A stretch of DNA of 64,000 nucleotides, taken from Gemmataceae bacterium (GTDB taxonomy: Bacteria > Planctomycetota > Planctomycetia > Gemmatales > Gemmataceae). The DNA lies in the NCBI GenBank assembly GCA_046350135.1, contig JAXMBB010000004.1, positions 91,756 to 155,755 on the forward strand. Reading direction: 5' to 3'. A program made the translations under genes and the position numbers. The notes under the pieces are model-generated. The model searched no databases. It was not told where the DNA came from and saw only the letters and a list, made by a program, of their open reading frames with translations. This document shows positions 1-11,207 of the stretch, piece after piece. Numbering within the stretch: the first letter of the stretch is position 1; every line of letters begins with the position of its first letter.

Positions 1-1145
1 GGCACCAGCACGTCCATCGCCCGCACGGTTTTGCCGTCGTCGTTCACCCGCATGTAGAAGGGCTTCAGCGTCCGCGGGTAGTCGTAGAGGATCACCGGGC
101 ATTTGAAGTGTTGCTCGGTGAGGTAGCGTTCGTGCTCCGATTGCAGATCGTTGCCCCACGCCACGGGGAACTCCCACGTCTTGCCGGTCTTCAGCAGGAT
201 GTCCACGGCCTCGGTGTACGGCACGCGCTTGAAGGGGTTGTTCAGCACGTTCTCCAGCCGCGAGAACAACTCCTTGTCGATCCGCTCCGCGAAGAACTTC
301 ATGTCTTCGGCACAATCCGCGAGGGCATCCTTGATGATGCGCTTGAGGAACGCCTCGGCGAGGTCCATGTTGTCCGTCAGGTCGAAGAACGCCATTTCGG
401 GTTCGATCATCCAGAACTCGGCGAGGTGCCGTGGCGTGTTGCTGTTCTCCGCGCGAAAGGTCGGGCCGAAGGTGTAGACCTTGCCCATCGAGCACGCAAA
501 CGACTCGACTTGAAGCTGCCCGCTCACGGTGAGGAATGCCGGCTTGCCGAAGAAGTCCTGTGCGAAGTCCACTTTGCCTTCGGTGAGGGGCGGTTTGTCC
601 GAATCGAGCGTGGTCACGCGGAAGAGCGCGCCGGCGCCTTCGCAATCGCTCGCGGTGATGATCGGCGTGTGGATGTACAGGAAGCCCTGCTCCTGGAAGA
701 AGTCGTGGATGGACTTGCAGACGCGGTTGCGGACGCGGGCGATCGCGCCGAACGTGTTCGTCCGCGGCCGCAGGTGGGCGACGGTGCGGAGGAACTCGAA
801 GCTCGCCCCCTTCTTCTGGATCGGGTACGTTTCCGGGTCCGCGTCGCCGACCAGTTCCACCGATGTGGCGTGAACCTCGGTGGCCTGGCCCTTCGCGGGG
901 GAAGCCTTCACCTCGCCATCGACGATGACGCTGGCCCCGGTGTGGAGGTGCTTCACGACGGCGTCGTAGTTGGGCAACTCGCCGGGGGCCACGATCTGCA
1001 CGTTCCCTTGGCACGAGCCGTCGTTCAGTTCGAGGAACGAGAAGCCGCCCTTGGAGTCGCGGCGCGTGCGGACCCAACCGCGGAGGCGGACCTGTTTGCC
1101 GACGCTGCCCGGGAGACGGGCGTCCGAAACGGAGATGACGTGCAT
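1..1145 (-). CDS. asnS: Asparagine--tRNA ligase (5' part; runs off window start)
   Basis: Manual minus-strand translation from ATG at 1145: [45 protein letters not shown] (OB-fold), later [34 protein letters not shown]. Missing from the ORF track because no stop lies inside the window. Confidence 0.95.
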   Translation of the reverse strand, partial: MHVISVSDARLPGSVGKQVRLRGWVRTRRDSKGGFSFLELNDGSCQGNVQIVAPGELPNYDAVVKHLHTGASVIVDGEVKASPAKGQATEVHATSVELVGDADPETYPIQKKGASFEFLRTVAHLRPRTNTFGAIARVRNRVCKSIHDFFQEQGFLYIHTPIITASDCEGAGALFRVTTLDSDKPPLTEGKVDFAQDFFGKPAFLTVSGQLQVESFACSMGKVYTFGPTFRAENSNTPRHLAEFWMIEPEMAFFDLTDNMDLAEAFLKRIIKDALADCAEDMKFFAERIDKELFSRLENVLNNPFKRVPYTEAVDILLKTGKTWEFPVAWGNDLQSEHERYLTEQHFKCPVILYDYPRTLKPFYMRVNDDGKTVRAMDVLV

Positions 1146-1203
1146 GTAACTCTCCAGCCGGTTGCGATTGCGTTAAGATAGGCACCCGGCGAGCGAATCG
1201 CGT

Positions 1204-4200
1204 ATGATGATACCCAAGATGCTGCGCGATTACCGGTGCGAGTGCGGGCATGCGTGGGCGGCTGCGCCGGGCGACCCGTGCCCGGCATGCGGAACCGCCA
1301 CCGCGGCGGCCGATCCCACGCCGAACAACTCCGATCACACGCATATCCTCGAACCCGTTTCCCATTCCTCGTTCGCCTCGCTCGCCGGGGATGTGAAGAC
1401 CGACCCCGATCCGTTCGCCGCGACGCGGGATCTCTTCGCAGTGCGGGACGATGCCGAAGTTCCGATCGGAGCCACGCAGGAGTTCCGGTCCCAGCCGGTT
1501 CCCGGTTACGAGATTCACGAGGAACTCGGCCGCGGCGGCATGGGCGTCGTGTACCGGGCGGTGCAGGCCGGGCTCAACCGGCAAGTCGCGCTCAAGATGA
1601 TTCTCGCCGGGTCGCATGCCGGCCAAGTGGAACGCGAGCGGTTCCGACGCGAGGCGCAGGCCGTCGCGTCGCTCCAACACCCGAACATCGTCCAGATCTT
1701 CGAAATCGGGGAAGCGGCCGGGCATCCGTATCTCGCGCTCGAGCTCGTGGAAGGCGGCAGTCTCGCCCAGCAGCTTTCGGGCAACCCGTGGGGTGCCCGC
1801 GATTCCGCTGAGCTGGTGGAGGTGCTGGCGCGGGCCATCCATTACGCCCACACGCAGGGCGTCGTGCACCGCGACCTGAAGCCCGGCAACATCCTGCTCG
1901 CGAAGACAAAGAGCGTGCCCGCGGCGTTCCACTCGGCTCGGAACGCCATTCCGAAGGTGACGGACTTCGGCCTCGCCAAACGAATCGACGAGACGGTCGC
2001 TCCGGACGGCGCGACGAAGACCGGCGCGGTGATGGGCACGCCGAGCTACATCGCCCCGGAACAGGCTTCAGGCAAAACCCGCGAGATCGGCCCCGCAGTC
2101 GACGTGTACGCCCTCGGTGCCATCCTTTACGAACTGCTCACCGGTCGTCCGCCGTTCCGCGGCGAAACACCGCTCGACACCGTGCTGCAGGTCATCAACG
2201 AGGATCCGGTTTCACCCAAGAGCCTGCAATCGAATGTGCCCTGGGATTTGCAGACGATCTGCCTGAAGTGCCTGATGAAGAGCCCGGCCAAACGGTATCA
2301 CACGGCCCAGGCTCTGGCGGATGATCTGCGTCGTTACTTGAACGGGGAAGCGATTCAGGCCCGGCCGCTGTCGTCGTGGGGTCGCGGTGTGAAGTGGGCG
2401 AAGCGGCACCCCGCGCTTGCCGTGCTCGGCTTCGGCACCATCGCGGCGACCATCGCCGTGATGTCCGTGCTGTCCGTGGCTTATGCCCGTGTGCGCGAAG
2501 CGGTTCAGGACAAGGAAAACGAAGCGAACGAAGCGCACCGGGCCCGCGAAGACGAAGAACGCCAACGCAAGCTGGCCCAACAGTTGGCTGCGGAGAACGA
2601 GAAAGCCCGAATCGCGGCCGTCGAGCAGGCCAATCAGTTGAAGCTCGAATCGGAACGGAATCGCCGCGGGGCGTACGCTCTGCAGATCGCGCAGATCGCG
2701 GCCCTCGCGGAGCGCGAACCGAAGCGGGCGCAGTCGCTGCTCGAAGATCCGTCCCGTTGCCCGCCTGATCTTCGCGATTTCGCGTGGGATTACCTGCATC
2801 GCCTCTGCTACCGGGAAGATCGGGTGTACCGCGATCATGGGAAAGGTGCGGAACTCGAATGCATCGCGGTGTCTCACGGCGGCACCTTCGTGGCCACGGC
2901 TGGAACGAGCGGAGAGATCCGCATCTGGGATCCGCGCAACACGCGTACCTATGCGATGCTCACCGGGCACAAGGGCCGCATCAACGGGCTCGCCTTCAGC
3001 CCGGACGGCGGAATGCTGGCCAGTGCCGGAGCCGACGGCACGGTTCGTCTCTGGGAGTTTCCCGAGACCATGCTCGACATCGCCCGCGCCGCCATGCGGA
3101 CGATCACGTTCCTCAACGATTTCGTCCCGACGCTGCAACTGCGTGCGGTCGCAGTGTTGCCCGGCGCCAAGGGCGGCGGCGCCACTTGCATCGCGTTCAG
3201 CCCGGACGGCCGCCAACTGTCCGCGGGGTATGAGAGCGGGCTGCTCCTTCATTGGGCCTACGATGCGATGCGGCCGAACAATCTCGACACGGCTGCGATG
3301 GGCGGGCTCGCATCCGTCGGCCTCTGGAAGCTGCGGCAGCCCGCGCACCCCTCGCGATCGTTCTCGACCGGCGGCAGCGCGGAATCGCCCGTGCGAAGCC
3401 TCGCCTATTCCGAATCGTCTCGCTTCCTGGCAGCCGGCTATCAGGACGGCTCGGTGTCGGTGCGAGTCGCCCCGAGTGGACGCGTGTTGAACGACGGGTA
3501 CGCCCTGAAGGTGCTGGAGAAGCATGCCGGGCCGGTCCGCGGCATTGCGTTCAGTCCGGATGGCGAGTCGCTCTACACCGCGAACAACGGGGCGATTCCG
3601 TCCATCCGCCAATTCGACACCGGGACGTGGCGCGAAGAGCGACGGTTCCTCGGCCACTCCGACAGCATTCTTTCGCTGGCTGTGAGCCCGGATGGAACGC
3701 GGCTCGCCAGCGGCGGCGCGGACGACACCGTGCGACTTTGGGACTTGGAGGAGAGCCGTGAACTTGCCACACTCACCGGCCACGATTCCGATGTGCGCGG
3801 GGTGGCGTTCGGCGGCGATCGCCGCAGCTTGATCTCGGTGGGGATGGACGGTGCCGCCCGCGTGTGGAACACAGCGAGCCGGGCGAACGACCGCAGTGAT
3901 GCCGTCCCGCGGGACGTCCAACTCGCCGCCTTGAGCCACGATGCTCACGGCAGCACTTTTGCGACCGTGGATTCGAACGGGCGGATGGCCATCCGCATGG
4001 CGGACGTGGTCGCCGGGCGGTACCAGCCGCAACCGGGTTCGCTCGGGTTCTGGTTCGTCCCGGTGCGGGTGCCTCCGACGTCGACGGTGCGCACCGCCGC
4101 CGTCGCGCCGGCCGGCCGGGCGGTATACGCCGGAACGGACGACTCCATCCTGATGTGGCGGCTGATCCAGCTTCGCGGGAAGGGCCGCGATCCGACTGCG

Positions 4201-4938
4201 GTCTCGCTTCCGATCATGACACCGGTCGTGATTCCGGTGCCGAAGCCGGTCCGAGCGATGCTGGCGAGTCCGGACGGCACCCGGCTCGCCACGCTGCACG
4301 AGGACGGCATCCGCATCTGGAAGACGTTCGAATTCCCGTTCTCACCCGAGGCGAAGCGGCCGGTCGCGATTCCCGAGCCGATTATCCACGACGGCAACAT
4401 CGCGGCGATGGAGTTCCACCCGAATGGTGAGTTCCTCGCCGTGGCACTCGAGAAGGGTGTGCGGATCGTGGACTTGGACGGGAATGCGAAGGCGGAGTTG
4501 CCGCAGCTGCACGCCGCGACCGTGACGGCGTTGGCATTCGATGCCGCGGGCACGCAACTCGCCACGGCTTCCGCAGACGGCGTGATCAAGATTTGGCGTG
4601 CCGGTCACGACATGGCCCTCGTCCACCAAACTGAGATGTCCGCGCACACGGGCGCGGTCACGAGCGTGGCCTTCACGCCCGGCGGTCGCACGCTCGCCTC
4701 CGGCGGCATCGACCGCCAAGTGGTCTTGTGGGATCCGGTGACGGGGCAGGAGCGACTCACGTTGGGCGGGCACGTGGATCGCCTCGTGCAGGTTCGTTTC
4801 ACGGAGAGCGGGAAGGCATTGATCACCGTGGGTCGCGACGGGGCGGTGCGTCGCTGGCGGGCGGATCAACCGCCGCCCCAAGGCCCGCAACGGCCGCCGT
4901 TCCTGCCCGGCCCGCCGCCGCGACCGAAGAGGCCGTGA
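1204..4938 (+). CDS. Ser/Thr protein kinase with N-terminal Cys-rich (zinc-ribbon-like) motif, TM helix, coiled coil and C-terminal WD40 repeats
   Basis: GRGGMGVVY, VALK, HRDLKPGN, DFG, GTPSYIAPE; hydrophobic LAVLGFGTIAATIAVMSVLSVAY; many GH...WD/WE repeats; N-terminal CECGH...CPACG. Confidence 0.93.
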   Translation: MMIPKMLRDYRCECGHAWAAAPGDPCPACGTATAAADPTPNNSDHTHILEPVSHSSFASLAGDVKTDPDPFAATRDLFAVRDDAEVPIGATQEFRSQPVPGYEIHEELGRGGMGVVYRAVQAGLNRQVALKMILAGSHAGQVERERFRREAQAVASLQHPNIVQIFEIGEAAGHPYLALELVEGGSLAQQLSGNPWGARDSAELVEVLARAIHYAHTQGVVHRDLKPGNILLAKTKSVPAAFHSARNAIPKVTDFGLAKRIDETVAPDGATKTGAVMGTPSYIAPEQASGKTREIGPAVDVYALGAILYELLTGRPPFRGETPLDTVLQVINEDPVSPKSLQSNVPWDLQTICLKCLMKSPAKRYHTAQALADDLRRYLNGEAIQARPLSSWGRGVKWAKRHPALAVLGFGTIAATIAVMSVLSVAYARVREAVQDKENEANEAHRAREDEERQRKLAQQLAAENEKARIAAVEQANQLKLESERNRRGAYALQIAQIAALAEREPKRAQSLLEDPSRCPPDLRDFAWDYLHRLCYREDRVYRDHGKGAELECIAVSHGGTFVATAGTSGEIRIWDPRNTRTYAMLTGHKGRINGLAFSPDGGMLASAGADGTVRLWEFPETMLDIARAAMRTITFLNDFVPTLQLRAVAVLPGAKGGGATCIAFSPDGRQLSAGYESGLLLHWAYDAMRPNNLDTAAMGGLASVGLWKLRQPAHPSRSFSTGGSAESPVRSLAYSESSRFLAAGYQDGSVSVRVAPSGRVLNDGYALKVLEKHAGPVRGIAFSPDGESLYTANNGAIPSIRQFDTGTWREERRFLGHSDSILSLAVSPDGTRLASGGADDTVRLWDLEESRELATLTGHDSDVRGVAFGGDRRSLISVGMDGAARVWNTASRANDRSDAVPRDVQLAALSHDAHGSTFATVDSNGRMAIRMADVVAGRYQPQPGSLGFWFVPVRVPPTSTVRTAAVAPAGRAVYAGTDDSILMWRLIQLRGKGRDPTAVSLPIMTPVVIPVPKPVRAMLASPDGTRLATLHEDGIRIWKTFEFPFSPEAKRPVAIPEPIIHDGNIAAMEFHPNGEFLAVALEKGVRIVDLDGNAKAELPQLHAATVTALAFDAAGTQLATASADGVIKIWRAGHDMALVHQTEMSAHTGAVTSVAFTPGGRTLASGGIDRQVVLWDPVTGQERLTLGGHVDRLVQVRFTESGKALITVGRDGAVRRWRADQPPPQGPQRPPFLPGPPPRPKRP

Positions 4939-4942
4939 TCCC

Positions 4943-5659
4943 TTGAATCTTCTCGATCTCACGCTGGCCTCCCCCGCCGCGAACCTTGCGTTGGACGAAG
5001 CCCTGCTTCTCGAAGCGGAGGATGCGGAAGGGCCGGAGGTGCTGCGGATCTGGGAATCCGCCGTGCCGATGGTCGTGCTCGGCGCGGGCGGCTCGGTTGC
5101 AATCGATGTGAAACGTGCGGCCTGCGACGCAGAGGGCGTGCCGATTCTGCGGCGTGCCAGCGGCGGAGGAACGGTGCTGCTCGGCCCAGGTTGCCTCGGT
5201 TTCTCCCTGATCCTCCGCACTGATCGCGCCCCGGGCCTTCACCTGATACAACCCTCGACCCGATACGTCCTGGACCGCACCTTGAACGCGATCCGCGAGT
5301 TCGCTCTCGAGGCGGCCATCGAGGGCACCAGCGATCTGGCGGTGAACGGCCGGAAGTTCTCCGGCAGCGCGCAGCAGCGGAAGCGATCGCACTTCCTGCA
5401 TCACGGAACGCTCCTTTACGGATTCGACCTGGCATTGATCCCGCGTTACCTGAACCCACCCGAGCGGCAGCCCGAGTATCGCCGCGGCCGCGGACACGAC
5501 GAGTTCCTGATGAATCTGACGGCGACCGCGGCTGAGCTAAAACGCCGATTGGCCGAAGTGTGGGCCGCGGAAGAGGAACTGCGCGCCCCACCGCTCGCCC
5601 GCGCCGAGCAAGTCGCGTTCGAAAAGTACGAGCGGGACGAGTGGAACTTCCGACGCTGA
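4943..5659 (+). CDS. Lipoate-protein ligase A family protein
   Basis: [36 protein letters not shown] motifs; TTG start just after the kinase stop. Confidence 0.88.
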   Translation: MNLLDLTLASPAANLALDEALLLEAEDAEGPEVLRIWESAVPMVVLGAGGSVAIDVKRAACDAEGVPILRRASGGGTVLLGPGCLGFSLILRTDRAPGLHLIQPSTRYVLDRTLNAIREFALEAAIEGTSDLAVNGRKFSGSAQQRKRSHFLHHGTLLYGFDLALIPRYLNPPERQPEYRRGRGHDEFLMNLTATAAELKRRLAEVWAAEEELRAPPLARAEQVAFEKYERDEWNFRR

Positions 5660-5721
5660 GTAGCCGATCGCTCCGGGAACGGGATAACAACAGAACCGTT
5701 TTCTCTCCGGAGTCGATCGAC

Positions 5722-7404
5722 ATGGCGGATGCACCCGCACGCAAGAGCCTCACCACGACCGGCGGCGACGGCCGCGCCCCGAACCGCGCGATGCTTCGCG
5801 CCGTCGGCTTCACGGACGACGACTTCAACAAGCCGGTCATCGGCGTCGCGTCGCTCTTCTCCGAGATCACGCCTTGCAACGCGCACTTGGATCGCCTCGC
5901 GCGGAAGGGTTGCGAAGGCATCCGCGCCGGCGGCGGCGTGCCTCAAGTGTTCGGCGCTCCGACCGTGTCCGACGGCATCAGCATGGGCCACATGGGCATG
6001 CGCTACTCGCTCGTGAGTCGCGAGGTGATCGCGGACTCGCTCGAGACCGTGGCCGGGGCCATGAACCACGACGGCCTGCTCGCCTTCGGCGGTTGCGACA
6101 AGAACATGCCCGGCTGCGTGATGGCGATGGCGCGACTCAACATCCCGAGCGTCTTCGTGTACGGCGGCAGCATCATGCCCGGCGTCGGCGGCCACGGCGA
6201 ACCGCTGGACATCGTGTCCATCTTCGAGGCGGTGGGGCAGTTCCAAGCCGGCAAGATCGACAAGAAAGAGCTTCACAAGGTGGAGTGCGAAAGCTGCCCG
6301 GGCCACGGTTCGTGCGGCGGCATGTACACCGCCAACACCATGTCGAGCGCCATCGAAGCACTCGGGCTCAGCCTGCCGTACGGGGCCAGCAACCCGGCCG
6401 TGAGTTCCGCCAAGGAGCGTGAGGCGTTCCTCGCCGGCAAGGCGCTCGTGAAGTGCATCGAGAAGAACATCCGCCCGCGCGACCTGATTACCCGCAAGAG
6501 CCTGGAGAACGCCTACACCTTCGTGCTCGCGCTGGGCGGCAGCACGAACGCGGTGCTTCACCTGATGGCGATCGCACGCGAAGCCGGCGTGAATTGGACG
6601 CTGGACGACTTCGACCGGCTCGGTGCCAAGGTGCCGCACATGGCGGACCTGAAGCCCGGCGGCAAGTACGTGATGTGGGACCTCTACCGCGTCGGCGGCA
6701 CCCCGGCCGTGATGAAGGCCCTGCTCGAGAAGGGACTGCTGCACGGCGATTGCCCGACGGTCACGGGGCAGACCATCGCCGAGAACCTGAAGGATGTGAA
6801 GAGCGTGTTCGAGAAGCCGCAGCAGGTCGTGCTGCCGTTCGAGAAGCCGATGTTCGATCACGGCATCATCGTGGTGCTGAAAGGGAACTTGGCTCCGGAC
6901 GGCGCGGTGGCCAAGGTCGCGGGCCTGAAGCAGCGCAGCATCACCGGCCCGGCCAAGGTCTTCGACGGCGAAGAAGCGTGCTTCCAAGCCATCCAAGCCC
7001 GCAAGATCCAAGCCGGGGACGTGGTCGTGATCCGCGGCGAAGGCCCGGTCGGCGGCCCCGGCATGCGTGAAATGCTCTCCATCACCGGCGCGCTCATGGG
7101 ACAAGGGCTCGGCGAGAGCGTCGGCCTGATCACCGATGGCCGCTTCAGCGGCGGCACGCACGGCCTCGTGGTCGGCCACGTCGCACCGGAAGCTTGGGTC
7201 GGCGGCACCATCGCCCTGATCCACGATGGCGATTCGATCACCATCGACGCCGACAAGAAGATCCTGACGCTGAACGTGCCGGACGCCGAAATCGCGAAGC
7301 GGAAGGCGGCGTGGGTGAAGCCCGCGATCCGCGTCGAACGCGGCGTGCTGGCCAAGTACGCGAAACTGGTTCACTCTGCGACCGAGGGTGCCGTCACCGG
7401 TTGA
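5722..7404 (+). CDS. ilvD: Dihydroxy-acid dehydratase
   Basis: [63 protein letters not shown]; ATG at 5722 preceded by GGAG. Confidence 0.96.
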   Translation: MADAPARKSLTTTGGDGRAPNRAMLRAVGFTDDDFNKPVIGVASLFSEITPCNAHLDRLARKGCEGIRAGGGVPQVFGAPTVSDGISMGHMGMRYSLVSREVIADSLETVAGAMNHDGLLAFGGCDKNMPGCVMAMARLNIPSVFVYGGSIMPGVGGHGEPLDIVSIFEAVGQFQAGKIDKKELHKVECESCPGHGSCGGMYTANTMSSAIEALGLSLPYGASNPAVSSAKEREAFLAGKALVKCIEKNIRPRDLITRKSLENAYTFVLALGGSTNAVLHLMAIAREAGVNWTLDDFDRLGAKVPHMADLKPGGKYVMWDLYRVGGTPAVMKALLEKGLLHGDCPTVTGQTIAENLKDVKSVFEKPQQVVLPFEKPMFDHGIIVVLKGNLAPDGAVAKVAGLKQRSITGPAKVFDGEEACFQAIQARKIQAGDVVVIRGEGPVGGPGMREMLSITGALMGQGLGESVGLITDGRFSGGTHGLVVGHVAPEAWVGGTIALIHDGDSITIDADKKILTLNVPDAEIAKRKAAWVKPAIRVERGVLAKYAKLVHSATEGAVTG

Positions 7405-7422
7405 TGCAGAACGTGGTTCGAG

Positions 7423-7467
7423 CGAGTGCGGCGGGACGGGGGACGAGATACCCGACCCGCCGTCTCG
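7423..7467. repeat. GC-rich inverted repeat (terminator or REP-like hairpin) after ilvD
   Basis: CGGCGGGACGGG (7429-7440) pairs with CCCGACCCGCCG (7451-7462) with one mismatch; no U-tract. Confidence 0.45.
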
Positions 7468-7483
7468 TGCATACTGTCAGTTC

Positions 7484-8734
7484 ATGAGCATCTTCTCCCG
7501 TCTCGCAGCGGCCACAGTGGTCGTCGCGCTCGTCTCGCTCTCCGCTCCCACGGCCGCGGAACCGGCCAAGTCCGCGATCCGTTCTCCGAAGCCTCATCAA
7601 GTCATCCAACGGACCGGTTTCGAGCCGGCGGTGGCGAAGAACGAACAACCCGGACATTGGTCCTTCGGATGGGCCGAAGTCCCTCTTAAGGTCGAAGATG
7701 AGACGCCAGGCGCGGTGTGGGAATACCGTGTGACGAAACTCGCCGGCGCGACCGGGCGGGATGTGCCGTGGACCCGCTTCAGCATCTTTTGGCCGACCGT
7801 CCGCGTGCCTGCCGGCGGCTGGTACCGGTTGGAGGTGAGGGCGATCAAGGAAACGCGTACGGTCTTCGAGTCGTCCGTGGAGCCGATCGGCGTCGGCGAG
7901 GTGTTCATTGTCGCGGGGCAGTCTTACGCCACGAACTGCAACGACAAGCAATTCCAAGTCGCGGACGAGAGCAAACGCGTATCGGCGTTCGATTCCGCAA
8001 AGGGAACTTGGGCTGTCGCGAACGATCCGCAACCGGTGCCGGACAAGAGCGACGGCGGCTCCATCTGGCCGCCGGTCGGCGATGCCTTGGTAAAGTCGCT
8101 CCGCGTGCCGGTCGGCTTCGCGAACGTCGCGTGGGGCGGCACGTCTTCAAGGGAGTGGATGCCCGGCGGCCAACTGCACAAGCGGCTCAGTGATACCGGC
8201 GTGACACTCGGCCGCGCCCGCGCCGTCCTCTGGCAGCAGGGTGAATCGGATGTGATCGAGAAAACCACTACGGAGAAATACGTGGCGAATGTCCGCGCGA
8301 TTCGCCATGCGGCTGCGACGCAGTGGGGCTTCCATCCGCCGTGGCTGCTCGCCAAGTCCACGCTGCATCCCACGGTGTACAACGATCCCGCGGGTGAAGG
8401 CCGCATCCGCAAGGCGATTGATGAACTCGCCGAACGGCCCGGCTTCCGCATGGGGCCGGACACGGACACGCTCGCCGGCGCGAACCGCGGCGATGCCAAA
8501 TCGCGGCGGCATTTCAGCGCGATCGGCCAGGAGAAGGCCGCCGCGATGTGGGTGGATTCGATTTTGAAGTTGCTCGCGTCTTCGCCTTCGGTCATGGAGA
8601 CCCTGCCGGACCTGGCTTTGGAGCCGCAAGGTCGATCACCGTTCGGGAAAGCAGCATTCTCCTGCGTGCGAAAGCAGGCGAGTCTGCCGTCGCCCGCTTG
8701 GCGTTCCCGGCGACATCGATCCGTGCGGCAATGA
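7484..8734 (+). CDS. Secreted sialate O-acetylesterase (SASA)-like domain; N-terminal part of a frameshifted SASA + GDSL protein
   Basis: Signal peptide MSIFSRLAAATVVVALVSLSAPTAA; GEVFIVAGQSYA, VLWQQGESD, RHFS. Sequence reads as off-frame after about 8625. Confidence 0.75.
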   Translation: MSIFSRLAAATVVVALVSLSAPTAAEPAKSAIRSPKPHQVIQRTGFEPAVAKNEQPGHWSFGWAEVPLKVEDETPGAVWEYRVTKLAGATGRDVPWTRFSIFWPTVRVPAGGWYRLEVRAIKETRTVFESSVEPIGVGEVFIVAGQSYATNCNDKQFQVADESKRVSAFDSAKGTWAVANDPQPVPDKSDGGSIWPPVGDALVKSLRVPVGFANVAWGGTSSREWMPGGQLHKRLSDTGVTLGRARAVLWQQGESDVIEKTTTEKYVANVRAIRHAAATQWGFHPPWLLAKSTLHPTVYNDPAGEGRIRKAIDELAERPGFRMGPDTDTLAGANRGDAKSRRHFSAIGQEKAAAMWVDSILKLLASSPSVMETLPDLALEPQGRSPFGKAAFSCVRKQASLPSPAWRSRRHRSVRQ

Positions 8735-9642
8735 TCGGCAGGGTGGCCACCGCGGACGAGCGGCACGTCTTCTCGCCGAACGACTACACGCTCTCCGAGG
8801 ACGGGCTTACGCTCCACTTCGCCGATCCGTCGCCCGTCGCTCCGGTGCTTCAAAACGAACTCTTCCCGCCGAAGGGTTCGCCGATGAGCTATGCCTCGCG
8901 CGTCCGGCACCCGGAGCAAAACCTCATGTATCACCCCGGCGTGTGGTTCCATGAACGCAACATCGAAGTCACGTACCTCCACTGGAAGGACAAGTTCGCG
9001 CTTCCGAGCCGAATCGGTTCGCTGCCCAAGACTGCGGCGCGGCTCAAGGCCGGAGAGCCGTTCACCATTGGCATCAGCGGTGACAGCATCTCCACGGGGT
9101 TGGATGCGTCCGCGAAGGTAAACGCTCCGCCTCATCAGCCCGGCTATCCGGAGTTGGTCGTCGCGCAGCTTCAGGCGAAGTTCGACTCGAAGATCACGCT
9201 GGCGAACCGGGCGGTCGCGGGGTGGAGCGTCGCCCACGGCGTGAAGGACCTCGACAAACTGCTCGAAGCCAAGCCGCATCTTGTGATCGTGGCCTATGGC
9301 ATGAACGACGTCGGCCGTCGCGATCCGAAATGGTATGGCGAACAGACCAAGGCCATCGTGGACGGCGTTCGCAAGGCGAGCCCGGACACGGAGATCATTC
9401 TCGTGTCCAGCATGCTCGGCAACGCGGAGTGGACGGCGACGCCGCGGGCGATGTTCGGTCCGTATCGAGACGAGTTGAAGAAACTCTGCGGCGAAGGTGT
9501 CGCCCTCGCGGACGTGACCGCCGTGTGGGAGATCATGCTGAAGCACAAGCACGACCTCGACCTGACCGGCAACGGCCTCAATCATCCGAACGATTTCGGC
9601 CACCGTCTCTACGCCCAGACCGTGCTCAGCCTCCTGAAATGA
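8548..9642 (+). CDS. SGNH/GDSL hydrolase; C-terminal part of the same frameshifted gene
   Basis: GDSIS, NRAVAG, AYGMND, NGLNHPNDFGH blocks; overlaps the previous ORF in another frame with no convincing start of its own. Confidence 0.8.
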   Translation: MGGFDFEVARVFAFGHGDPAGPGFGAARSITVRESSILLRAKAGESAVARLAFPATSIRAAMIGRVATADERHVFSPNDYTLSEDGLTLHFADPSPVAPVLQNELFPPKGSPMSYASRVRHPEQNLMYHPGVWFHERNIEVTYLHWKDKFALPSRIGSLPKTAARLKAGEPFTIGISGDSISTGLDASAKVNAPPHQPGYPELVVAQLQAKFDSKITLANRAVAGWSVAHGVKDLDKLLEAKPHLVIVAYGMNDVGRRDPKWYGEQTKAIVDGVRKASPDTEIILVSSMLGNAEWTATPRAMFGPYRDELKKLCGEGVALADVTAVWEIMLKHKHDLDLTGNGLNHPNDFGHRLYAQTVLSLLK

Positions 9643-11107
9643 TGCGCGCGGCGGCGCGTTCGGCGATCATGATCGTCGGCGCGTTCGTGTTTCCGGATGT
9701 GATCGCCGGCATCACCGAGGCATCGACCACACGCAAGCCTTGGACGCCGACCATACGCAAGTCCGAATCGACGACCGTGCCCATGTGGCACGTGCCGACG
9801 GGGTGGAAGATCGTTTCGCACGCCTGCCGCAGGAAGGCCTCCGGGTTTGCACCAAGTGGCGGCGTGAACTGCGTCGCGGCATACTCTTCAAATGCGCGGC
9901 TGCGGCCGATCTCGCACGCCATTTCGATGCCTCGCAGCATGCGTAGGCGATCATCGGAATGTTGCAAGAGGTTCGGCTGGATGCACGGGGCGTCCGCAGG
10001 ATCCGCGGAACGGAGACGCACGCTTCCCCGGCTCCGGGGCCGTGCCACGTTCACTCCGATGGTGAAGCCATGCCCATCGATCGGGAAGCGTTCGTGAGCC
10101 CACGGTACCGGCGCGAAGTGGAACTGTACATCCGGCGCGGGTTCCTTCTCAGCGACGCCCGTGTGGAAGAAGAGTCCCCCGTCCGCAAGGTTGCTGTCCG
10201 CCGCGATCGCACAGGGTTTGTTGGTGCGGAACAGCACGCGCACCATCGGATGATCGTGGAGTTCGGCCCCGACTCCGGGCGAATCGCAGGCCACGGGAAT
10301 GCCCCGCTCACGGAGATGATCCGCGGGGCCAATGCCGGAGAGCATCAGCAACTTCGGCGAGTTGTACGTCCCGGCCGAGAGAATCACTTCCCGCCGCGCC
10401 CGTACCAAAGTCTGCGAATCCAGGACGATGCCGACGGCGCGGCCGGACTCGATCCGCACGCGATGCACGAGCACGCCGGAGCGGAGTGTGAGGTTCGGCC
10501 GTTGCAGCGCGGGGTGCAGGAACGCAACCGCGGCACTCTGGCGAAGTCCGGCCTTGATCGTGCGTTGGTACAGCCCGCAGCCCGTTTGCTTGGTTCCGTT
10601 GAAGTCCGGATTCGCGGGATGCCCGAGTGCTTCGGCGGCCCGCAGGAAGCGAAGCGACAAGTCGGCGGGTTCGGCGGGATCGGACACGTGCAGCGGTCCG
10701 CCGGTGCCGTGATAGTCGTTCTCGCCGCGAGCCTGATCCTCGGACCGTTTGAAGAACGGCAGCACAGTGTCGTATTTCCATCCCGCCGGCCAAGCGTCGT
10801 AGTCCGCGCGATTGCCGCGGATGTAGACCATCGCGTTGATCGCACTGGTGCCGCCGAGCACCTTGCCGCGCGGTGTCGGCACGCGGACACCGTCCGCCTG
10901 CGGTTCCGGTTCTGTGGCGTAGCACCAATCGTCCGGGCCGCCGAGCGTGGCGGGCCAGCCTGTCGGGGCGTGGATGTACGGGTTCGCATCCGCGCCACCG
11001 GCTTCGAGCATCAGCACGCTTGCGGCGGGGTCCGCGCTCAACCGGTTCGCCAGCACGCACCCGGCGGACCCGGCTCCCACAATGATGTAGTCGTACTCGT
11101 CCGCCAC
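9626..11107 (-). CDS. GMC family oxidoreductase (choline dehydrogenase-like)
   Basis: IIVGAGSAG, RGKVLGGTSAINAM, LMLSGIG, HPVGTC, VVDASVMP, GNTNAPTIMIAE. Confidence 0.93.
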   Translation of the reverse strand: MADEYDYIIVGAGSAGCVLANRLSADPAASVLMLEAGGADANPYIHAPTGWPATLGGPDDWCYATEPEPQADGVRVPTPRGKVLGGTSAINAMVYIRGNRADYDAWPAGWKYDTVLPFFKRSEDQARGENDYHGTGGPLHVSDPAEPADLSLRFLRAAEALGHPANPDFNGTKQTGCGLYQRTIKAGLRQSAAVAFLHPALQRPNLTLRSGVLVHRVRIESGRAVGIVLDSQTLVRARREVILSAGTYNSPKLLMLSGIGPADHLRERGIPVACDSPGVGAELHDHPMVRVLFRTNKPCAIAADSNLADGGLFFHTGVAEKEPAPDVQFHFAPVPWAHERFPIDGHGFTIGVNVARPRSRGSVRLRSADPADAPCIQPNLLQHSDDRLRMLRGIEMACEIGRSRAFEEYAATQFTPPLGANPEAFLRQACETIFHPVGTCHMGTVVDSDLRMVGVQGLRVVDASVMPAITSGNTNAPTIMIAERAAARIISGG

Positions 11108-11207
11108 GATTCACCCCGTTTCCACAGATCGCCTCAAGCCGCACGACAAGCATAACCGATGCAGTCCGTGGATTCGATTCACTCCCTCCACTTTCCGGTG
11201 CCCGCCC

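Noticed and set aside
108-1181. 357-aa plus-strand ORF
   Set aside because: Antisense shadow of asnS; the AsnRS motifs are on the minus strand.
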